A DNA stretch of 32,826 bases. It comes from a virus (Duplodnaviria; Caudoviricetes). Location: positions 1-32,826 of the IMG/VR virus record IMGVR_UViG_3300036779_000280; one strand, given 5' to 3'. A program made the position numbers and the translations under genes. Below, one piece after another: positions 26,206-32,826 of this stretch (positions within the stretch are counted from its first letter, which is position 1; every line of letters starts with the position of its first letter). The notes under the pieces are model-generated. The model was not told where the DNA came from, made no database searches, and saw only the letters and a program-made list of their open reading frames with translations.

Positions 26206-27313
26206 CGGTGCCGAGCGTATTACGCTGCGTATCGGCGGGGTTTCCCATGATGATTGGCTGGACTTCGAAGTCGATTCCGACCTGCAGACCCCCGCCGATG
26301 GCTGGTCATTCTCCGTCGGCAATGTGGAGGCGGTGTTACCGGCGGAAGTCCAGGCCGGAGCCAGGGCAGAACTGCGCACCGGCGACGATGTGATCATGAC
26401 CGGCCAGGTGGATGAGATCACCGATGATATCAGCAGAAATCAGCACAGCCTGGGGCTGTTTGGCCGTGACGCCTCGGCAGTCTTGGTGGATTGCTCAGCG
26501 CCGATCTTCACCGCCCGCGATATGACGCTGCAGGAGGTGATCACCCAAATCGTCAAGCCCCTGGGCGTCACGGCAGTTCGTATCCAGGCCGAAAAGCCGC
26601 TGCCGTCGAAGAAAGCGAGCATCGACCCTGGCGACACCGCCTGGGATGCGCTGAAGAAAGCGGCGGAAGCCAGCGGCTTGTGGCCCTGGGTCACGGCGGA
26701 CGGCACGCTGGTTATCGGCGGCCCGGATTACAGCACCCCGGCAGTCGATACCCTGGTGCTGCGCAAAGATGGCCAGGGCAATAATCTGTTGCGGCTGTCC
26801 GTCACCCACAACGTCAGCGCCCGTTATTCCGAGGTCACGGTGCTGGCTCAGGGGCACGGCACGGCAAACGCCGACGGCAAGCATGACCGGCGCTGCACCG
26901 TGCGCGACACCTCCGTGCCGTTCTACCGTCCCCTGATTGAGGTGGTAGCCGACACCGATAGCGACGAAGAGGTGCAGTTTCGTGCCCGCAAGCTGATGGC
27001 CGATGCCCGCCTGCAGGGCTTTCTGATGACCGCCGTCGTCAAGGGGCTGCGCACCGCCTCCGGGCAACTTTGGGCACCGGGGCAACGTGTCCAGGTCAAG
27101 AGCGAGAAGCACGGCATCGACGACATTTATTTTGTGATGCATCGCCGTTTCAGCGGCGGTCGCGGCCAACAGCTGCTGACCACACTGACTCTGCGCGAAG
27201 ACGGCATCTGGTTGCCGGATGCATTCCCGAAATCCAAGCGTAAGCGCAAAGGGAAAGGCAAGAAAGGCAAAAAAGACCTCTGGAACAGCTGGGAGCAGAT
27301 CGACAATGGCTAA
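26189..27313 (+). CDS. Baseplate hub protein (Mu gpP/gp44)
   Basis: W..FEVDSDL..PAD.W, GRD....LVDCSAP, LW.PGQRV; start at ATG 26189 after AGGGG. Confidence 0.9.
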   Translation: MPSLNDGAERITLRIGGVSHDDWLDFEVDSDLQTPADGWSFSVGNVEAVLPAEVQAGARAELRTGDDVIMTGQVDEITDDISRNQHSLGLFGRDASAVLVDCSAPIFTARDMTLQEVITQIVKPLGVTAVRIQAEKPLPSKKASIDPGDTAWDALKKAAEASGLWPWVTADGTLVIGGPDYSTPAVDTLVLRKDGQGNNLLRLSVTHNVSARYSEVTVLAQGHGTANADGKHDRRCTVRDTSVPFYRPLIEVVADTDSDEEVQFRARKLMADARLQGFLMTAVVKGLRTASGQLWAPGQRVQVKSEKHGIDDIYFVMHRRFSGGRGQQLLTTLTLREDGIWLPDAFPKSKRKRKGKGKKGKKDLWNSWEQIDNG

Positions 27314-27968
27314 TCTGACAGATTTGATTGATAAGCGCATCCGCCGCGCCCTGGGCGGCATTCGCCTGGCGTATCGCGGGGTACTCAACCGGGTCAATAC
27401 TCAGGGCGGCGTCCAGATGACGCAGGTCGCGGGGCTAGCCAAAGAAAATAACCCGGAGGTGGAGTTCTTCCAGCATTACGGGCTGACGTCCGTGCCGCCC
27501 GACGGCGTGATGGCCATCATGCTGCCCGTCGGCGGTGCGACCTCTCACAGTGTTGTTATCGCCACCGAACACAGCCGCTACCGCCTGCGGGGGCTGGAAG
27601 ATGGCGAGGTGGCGCTCTATACCGACGAAGGGGCCTGCATCATCCTCAAGCGCAACAAGGTGATCGCCGTTGAGTGCGACGACTACCAGGTCAAATGCAA
27701 GCGCTACAGCATCGTGGCCGAAGAGAGCGCCGCCTTTGATACACCGGAACTGACGGCCACCCAGCAGGTCATTGCCGAAGGCAAAATCAGCGGCAACGGC
27801 GGGATGGCCATCAAGGGCGGAGACGGTGCGACCGCCAGCTTTGAGGGGAACGTGGAGCATAAAGGCGGCACGATCAGCAGCCCCGACGTCGAGGTCAACG
27901 GCGTCAAGCAAGGCACCCACAAACACAATACACCGTCTGGGCTTTCCGACGGCCCCATCAGCGGGTAA
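27306..27968 (+). CDS. Baseplate central spike (Mu gpQ/gp45)
   Basis: QHYGLTSVPP, GEVALY..EG, C-terminal HKH metal-binding tip; start at ATG 27306. Confidence 0.9.
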   Translation: MANLTDLIDKRIRRALGGIRLAYRGVLNRVNTQGGVQMTQVAGLAKENNPEVEFFQHYGLTSVPPDGVMAIMLPVGGATSHSVVIATEHSRYRLRGLEDGEVALYTDEGACIILKRNKVIAVECDDYQVKCKRYSIVAEESAAFDTPELTATQQVIAEGKISGNGGMAIKGGDGATASFEGNVEHKGGTISSPDVEVNGVKQGTHKHNTPSGLSDGPISG

Positions 27969-27971
27969 ACT

Positions 27972-28004
27972 GGTTCCGGCGCGGGAATACCGCGCCAACC
28001 TTAT
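27972..28004 (+). terminator. GC-rich stem-loop after spike gene (putative terminator)
   Basis: GGTT..GGCGCGG-GAATA-CCGCGCC-AACC followed by TTAT; weak U-tract. Confidence 0.45.
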
Positions 28005-28051
28005 CCACTACGCCCCCGTCACTGCCCACCAACCCCCATTTTTTCTATTCT
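28005..28051 (+). promoter_or_regulatory. Late promoter 3 (baseplate wedge/fibre operon)
   Basis: CCACTACGCCCCCGTCACT + 22 bp + TATTCT (-10). Confidence 0.8.
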
Positions 28052-28058
28052 GCGCCCT

Positions 28059-28409
28059 ATGGACGCACTCATTGACAGCCAGACCGGCGACTACACCGGC
28101 ACACGCACATATGACCTTCACAATGCGGTTTATCTGCGGTTGAAAACCCCGCTGGCCAGCTACTGGGCCGACCCGTTGTTAGGTTCCCGGCTGCATGAGC
28201 TGGAGCGTGCCAAAGACTCCGCCACGACCCGCCGCCTGGCACAGCAATATGCCGAACAGGCATTGCAGCCCCTGCTGGATGATAAGCGTGCTACCGCGCT
28301 GGCCGTTGGCGTAAGTCGCCCGCAGGACGGGTGGCTGCTATTGACGATTGTCGTCACGCAGGCCAATAGCGCTGTCCAGACCTTCACCCATCCGGTAAAA
28401 GTGATTTAA
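28059..28409 (+). CDS. Baseplate wedge protein (Mu gp46)
   Basis: NAVYLRL.TPL.SYWADP.LGSRL..L.R.K, YAEQALQPL. Confidence 0.9.
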   Translation: MDALIDSQTGDYTGTRTYDLHNAVYLRLKTPLASYWADPLLGSRLHELERAKDSATTRRLAQQYAEQALQPLLDDKRATALAVGVSRPQDGWLLLTIVVTQANSAVQTFTHPVKVI

Positions 28410-28421
28410 ACGGGGTTTTAC

Positions 28422-29492
28422 ATGGCGTACACAATACCGCTGCTGGATGATACCGCCGCCACGCTGCTACGTGATATCAGCAATCAGTTGCCGGATGCCG
28501 ACGTCGGCAAAGACAGCGATTTTGCGATCCGCGCCAATGCCATCGCCAGCGCGGTGCAAGGTCTTTACCAGCACCAGGTGTGGATCGTCCGTCAGATGTT
28601 CCCAGACACCGCCGACCATGATTATCTGGTAATGCACGCCCGGACACGCAACCTGCAGCCGAAACCCGCCACCTATGCCGGAGGCAAGGCACAACTTACC
28701 GGCAACGTCGGTGTAACGGTGAAGGCCGGTCTGCAGTTTCGTCCCAAAGGTAGCAGCCTGCTGTGTCAGACCACCGAGGACGCGATTGTTGGCAACGACG
28801 GTAAAATCGCCGTTGCCTCCCGCCCATTGGAAACCGGCACTGTGGGCAATCTGGCCGACAATACGCCAGGTACACTGCTCATCGCACCGGAAGGCATCGA
28901 TGGCGATGTCATCATCCTGACCATGACCGGCGGCACTGACGACGAGACCGACGCCTCGTTGCTGGCCCGATTGCTCGAAGTGATCCGCCGCCCAGCAGCC
29001 GGGGGCAACAAGTACGACTATCACCGCTGGGCGGTTGAAGTGCCAGGCGTCACGGAGGCCTATGTTTATCCCCTGCGCCGGGGCTACGGCACCGTGGATG
29101 TGGTGATTGTGGCCAACAACAGTATGCCGTCCGAGGAGACCATCAAGGCCACCCAGGCGCATATCGATGAGGAACGCCCGGTCACGGCCAAAAATACCCT
29201 GGTGCTGGCCCCTGAAGAGGTGACAACGGACGTTTCAGTCAAGGTTAAATTATCGGGCCTCTCCCTGGATGAGGCGAAAAAACAAATCACCGTAGCGATA
29301 ACCGATTATTTCAATCGCCTGGCACCGGGTGAGGTTGCTGTTTTAAAACAAATCGGCGGCAGTATCACCAATATTGTCGGCGTGATTGACTACGAGTTTA
29401 TTACTCCCACAGGCAATATTATTCCTGTGGTGGATAAAACCAAGGTGCAATGGATACGCCTGGGCACCGTTGCCGTGGATAAGATGCCATGA
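28422..29492 (+). CDS. Baseplate J-like protein (Mu gp47)
   Basis: WIVRQ.FPDTAD, GG.D.E.D..L..R, PAAGGN.YDY..WA..V.GV, RRG.GTVDV. Confidence 0.92.
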   Translation: MAYTIPLLDDTAATLLRDISNQLPDADVGKDSDFAIRANAIASAVQGLYQHQVWIVRQMFPDTADHDYLVMHARTRNLQPKPATYAGGKAQLTGNVGVTVKAGLQFRPKGSSLLCQTTEDAIVGNDGKIAVASRPLETGTVGNLADNTPGTLLIAPEGIDGDVIILTMTGGTDDETDASLLARLLEVIRRPAAGGNKYDYHRWAVEVPGVTEAYVYPLRRGYGTVDVVIVANNSMPSEETIKATQAHIDEERPVTAKNTLVLAPEEVTTDVSVKVKLSGLSLDEAKKQITVAITDYFNRLAPGEVAVLKQIGGSITNIVGVIDYEFITPTGNIIPVVDKTKVQWIRLGTVAVDKMP

Positions 29493-30076
29493 ACGGCCAG
29501 GATTACGCAGAACTACTGGGGCTATTGCTGCCCCCTAAAAGCTACTCCCTGGACGGTAAGCAATTAAAAGCCGAATTACTGGCGGAAGGAAATTGCCTGG
29601 CACGGGCCGAAATAAAGTCTGATGAAGTATTAAACGGTATTACGCCGTTCTTTGCCGTCAGCCTACTGTCGGACTGGGAGCGTGTATTAGCGCTGAATGT
29701 TGATAACAGCATGACACTTCAGCAGCGCCGCCAACAGGTACTGGCAAAAATTAACGCCACCGGCGGCCTGAGCCGTAAATACTTCATCAACCTGGCCAGG
29801 TCGCTGGGCTACAACATCACCATTGACGAGCCAGAACCTTTTCGTGCCGGTGTTGGTCGTGCCGGAGATCGCATCTGGATACCGGAAATTATCTGGGTCT
29901 GGATAGTGAATATCGACGATGAACAAGTGCCGGTATATCGGTTTCGGGCGGGAAGTTCGGTAGCAGGTGAAAAATTAATGACCTTTGGTCAGAACATGAT
30001 TGAAAACATATTCCAGGATTTAAAGCCTGCACACACCCAAGTGGTCTTTAATTACAAGGAGAAAACCACACCATGA
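29489..30076 (+). CDS. Baseplate protein (Mu gp48/YmfQ, DUF2313)
   Basis: LL.DWERVL, GGLS..YFI.LA..LGY, PFRAG, KPAHT. Confidence 0.9.
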   Translation: MNGQDYAELLGLLLPPKSYSLDGKQLKAELLAEGNCLARAEIKSDEVLNGITPFFAVSLLSDWERVLALNVDNSMTLQQRRQQVLAKINATGGLSRKYFINLARSLGYNITIDEPEPFRAGVGRAGDRIWIPEIIWVWIVNIDDEQVPVYRFRAGSSVAGEKLMTFGQNMIENIFQDLKPAHTQVVFNYKEKTTP

Positions 30077-31209
30077 AAGACATTATTTCCCCGGTTGATA
30101 CTGAAGACGGCCTGTTCCATGATGGCGACCCATCCACGGGCACTGAAGGTACCGTGGTGTCTCAAAAGTGGCTGAACCCGGTACAGGGAGCCATTATCAG
30201 TAATCAGCAAGAGTTGGCGTCGGTATTAAAAGAGGCAGGAATTAAAATTGACCCAGCCAAGCAAGACCAGTTATTGGCGGCAATTAAAAAAATCACGGGT
30301 TCGGCCACTGAAGGATTTTTGAAAACGGGTGATTACGGCCTAGGTGGTGCAGCAATACAAACTTCAACGCCATATAAAGTAATAACCAGTGGTTTTACAC
30401 GCTATGGCGGCGGAAGCACAGACCCCGACCTGTCGAACTATGGGGGGCTGATTAATATATATTATGGTGAAAATGAGAAGCATTGCTTCCAACTTTATAT
30501 ATCAGGTGATCCAACGGCGTGTCAAATACGGCATATTCAGAACTCAGAGGTTGACTGGAGTGCGAAAATTTACCATGAGAAGAACCCGCCACCTGCATCT
30601 GAAATATCTGGGATTATGGATGCTATTTATCCGATAGGAATTGTTACGTGGTTTGCTCAGAATAAAAACCCGAATCAGCTATTCCCAGGCACCAAATGGA
30701 AATATATTGGGGAAAACCGGACTATACGGCTCGCAAAACAAGACGGTACTGATTTGATGCAGACAGGTGGATCTGACTCGGTTACATTGAATAATGAAAA
30801 CTTGCCTGCGCATAGTCATGAATTTTCGGCTAATACAAACTTGTTTGATTATGGCAGTAAGGATACTAGCTGGTTTGACTATGGTGACAAAGGAACTGAT
30901 GTCCAGGGGGCGCATAATCATCTTCAAGGCGTGCGAAGTGGTACTTCTGCTCATATGTTCGGTACTGAAAATGTAAGTAATGATTATGGTTTTTCTGGTA
31001 CCGGGAATGCAGATAAAACAATAGCCCCCTACACAAGTACATCAGGAAATCACGGCCATACAGTGTCGATTGGGGGCCACGCTCATTCTGTTGGTATTGG
31101 TGCACACTCTCACTCTGTATCAGGTAACACCAGCACCGTGGGAGCAGGTACGGCAGTATCAGTCGCCAATCCCTTTATAAAACTCATGGCATGGTATCGT
31201 GAGTCTTAA
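30073..31209 (+). CDS. Tail fibre protein (Mu gpS-type N-terminus, HxH-repeat needle tip)
   Basis: DGLFHDGDP.TG..GT.V...WLN.VQ..Q.EL; YPIG; GGSDSVTL...NLPAHSH; several HxH motifs. Confidence 0.88.
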   Translation: MKDIISPVDTEDGLFHDGDPSTGTEGTVVSQKWLNPVQGAIISNQQELASVLKEAGIKIDPAKQDQLLAAIKKITGSATEGFLKTGDYGLGGAAIQTSTPYKVITSGFTRYGGGSTDPDLSNYGGLINIYYGENEKHCFQLYISGDPTACQIRHIQNSEVDWSAKIYHEKNPPPASEISGIMDAIYPIGIVTWFAQNKNPNQLFPGTKWKYIGENRTIRLAKQDGTDLMQTGGSDSVTLNNENLPAHSHEFSANTNLFDYGSKDTSWFDYGDKGTDVQGAHNHLQGVRSGTSAHMFGTENVSNDYGFSGTGNADKTIAPYTSTSGNHGHTVSIGGHAHSVGIGAHSHSVSGNTSTVGAGTAVSVANPFIKLMAWYRES

Positions 31210-31747
31210 CAATAATTTTGTTTGTTTTTTCTGAGAATACGGTGCAATTGTCTGGAATGCTCTTATTTATGAATGACATTGCACCGATAGTTACATTATT
31301 TCCTATGACTATGTTTTCACCAATAATGCAACTATTAGCGCAAATTTCAACATTGTCACCAATTATGATTTTCCCTTTTTGGTCAGTGTGTTTAACACCT
31401 ATTGTTGAGTTCTGTTTAATATAAAAGTTCTTCCCAATTATGCAACAATCAGCAATTACGATGCCGACATAGTGAGATATGCTCAATCCTTCGCCTATGT
31501 GAGCACCAAGCTTTATATCTAACCCGTACTTATTTCTAAGGTTTCTGTTTATCCTCTTCGAAATTTTCTTAAATTTCCCAATCCGATAAAAGTAGTTAGC
31601 TGTTCGCCACCAGAAATAGAATCGACGATCGGGGCATTTTAAAGCTCTATGAATGGTTTTGAACCAAGAGAATGATGTGTTTGAAACCATGACTTCTCGT
31701 TGTAAGCATCTTTTCAGATGCATTAATTCTTCGCTGTGTTGTTCCAT
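31184..31747 (-). CDS. CysE/WcaB-like left-handed beta-helix O-acetyltransferase (moron)
   Basis: YGLDI.LGA.IG.GL.I.H..GIVI...IG.N..I.QN.TIG, IGDNV.I.ANS.I.G...IG.NV.IGAMSF..K.IP hexapeptide repeats; AT-rich; opposite strand. Confidence 0.85.
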   Translation of the reverse strand: MEQHSEELMHLKRCLQREVMVSNTSFSWFKTIHRALKCPDRRFYFWWRTANYFYRIGKFKKISKRINRNLRNKYGLDIKLGAHIGEGLSISHYVGIVIADCCIIGKNFYIKQNSTIGVKHTDQKGKIIIGDNVEICANSCIIGENIVIGNNVTIGAMSFINKSIPDNCTVFSEKTNKIIVKTHDTMP

Positions 31748-31977
31748 TGTGTGAATATAACCTAACTAATTATTTATAATTTAGCTATTGGCAGTTCCAG
31801 CCATGTTTCATTGAGTTATACCTGATGAACACCTACGTTCAGTGTGACCAGTCACCTATGAAGTAAACATAAGATGGAAGCCAAGTCCTTGTCAGAAAAC
31901 AGAAAATCAATGATTCTTCAATAGGCAATACCAAAGAGGCAATCTCCACCGATTACTTTATACGCAAAACGTAATAG

Positions 31978-32024
31978 CCAGTACGCCAGCGTCAATTATA
32001 CCCACAAAAAACCATGGCGATACT
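31978..32024 (+). promoter_or_regulatory. Late promoter 4 (Pmom-like)
   Basis: CCAGTACGCCAGCGTCAAT + 22 bp + GATACT (-10). Confidence 0.7.
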
Positions 32025-32082
32025 AGGTTTTAGCGATCAATAAATTGATATTGATCGGTGTAACGGATCGTATGGAGGGGGT

Positions 32083-32826
32083 ATGCCAGTTCAGAAAGAA
32101 CAAATCGGAAACGCGTTGCTTTATTGCGGAGATAGCCTGGAATTGTTGCAGAATGGTTTCACGGCGGATGCATTAATTACCGACCCGCCTTATAGCAGTG
32201 GGGGAATTAATGCTGGCAGTCGTCGTTGTACGCCGCAGGATAAGTACATAGGAACGCATGGTCGTCAGTATTCAAATTTTTACGGAGATAACCGTGATGC
32301 AAGAAGTTGGTCTTTATGGATGACACTGTGGCTAGGGCAAAGTATGAAAACATTAAATGAGGGGGCTTATGTGCTGTTATTCACTGACTGGAGACAGCTC
32401 CCTGCAACAACAGATGCGCTCCAAGCTGGTGGCTACATTTGGCGTGGTGTTGTTCCCTGGGATAAAACGGCCTCCAGTCGTGCTCCTCATACAGGATATT
32501 TCAGGCATCAGTGTGAGTACGTAGTCTGGGGAAGTAAGGGGAGTTTAAGCAAGTCTGCCCATGGTGGCCCGTGGCCAGGTTTTATCACTCAACGAGTTAT
32601 TCTGAAGGAAAAGCTTCATATGACAGCGAAGCCGCTCAGGCTGATGCAAGAGCTGGTTGAGCCGGTGATACCGGGAGGAACCATTCTCGATCCATTCATG
32701 GGGAGTGGGACTACTGGAGTAGCTGCGGTGTCATCGGGACGGAGGTTTATCGGGATCGAGATGAGCAATTACTATTTCGATGTAGCCTGTAAGCGTCTTG
32801 AAGAGGCACAGCAGGATTTAAGTTAA
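32083..32826 (+). CDS. DNA N6-adenine/N4-cytosine methyltransferase (beta class) in the mom position
   Basis: Motif IV TDPPY before motif I DPFMGSGTTG; GGAGG RBS; last late gene. Confidence 0.92.
   Translation: MPVQKEQIGNALLYCGDSLELLQNGFTADALITDPPYSSGGINAGSRRCTPQDKYIGTHGRQYSNFYGDNRDARSWSLWMTLWLGQSMKTLNEGAYVLLFTDWRQLPATTDALQAGGYIWRGVVPWDKTASSRAPHTGYFRHQCEYVVWGSKGSLSKSAHGGPWPGFITQRVILKEKLHMTAKPLRLMQELVEPVIPGGTILDPFMGSGTTGVAAVSSGRRFIGIEMSNYYFDVACKRLEEAQQDLS

Larger units (their letters stand above)
1..32826 (+). mobile_element. Mu-like transposable (pro)phage with contractile tail; c repressor and att ends not in window
   Basis: Ordered ner-A-B-early genes-gemA-mor/C-lysis-terminase-portal-F-G-I-T-J-K-L-M-TMP-N-P-Q-baseplate-fibre-methylase synteny, essentially all on the + strand. 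Confidence 0.97.

Noticed and set aside
31843-31856. CRP site (TGTGA...TCAC)
   Set aside because: Half-sites are separated by 4 bp rather than 6
30073-32082. Invertible G segment or diversity-generating retroelement at the fibre
   Set aside because: No invertase or reverse transcriptase, no gix-like inverted repeats, no second fibre end or template repeat seen
32025-32082. com gene
   Set aside because: No ORF with paired CxxC motifs; the space is too short
1-32826. Mu att ends, repressor gene, tRNA/rRNA
   Set aside because: The window starts at the ner ATG and stops at the methylase stop codon; no such elements are visible

Overview
The whole window is one Mu-like (Saltovirus-type) transposable temperate myophage genome, probably a prophage. 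It runs from ner to a DNA methyltransferase in the mom position; the c repressor and both att ends lie outside the window. Gene order on the + strand: ner, MuA, MuB, a semi-essential region of small ORFs (DUF3164, ANR-like, 3'-5' exonuclease), gemA, one Mor/C-family activator, lysis (amidase, holin-like, Rz with embedded Rz1), packaging, head, contractile tail, baseplate and one short tail fibre. An AT-rich reverse-strand CysE/WcaB-like acetyltransferase sits where Mu has U/U'/gin/com. Features missed by the ORF track and read from the sequence: (1) four late promoters sharing a 19-bp motif exactly 22 bp upstream of a -10 hexamer, two with RBS-occluding hairpins and one apparently leaderless; (2) an embedded o-spanin; (3) an internal scaffold start; (4) an A-AAA-AAG -1 frameshift in the tail chaperone; (5) a 228-bp-period duplication in the tape measure; (6) palindromic direct repeats flanking one accessory gene; (7) two small paralogues between terS and terL. 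All family assignments come from motif recognition and synteny; no database search was run.
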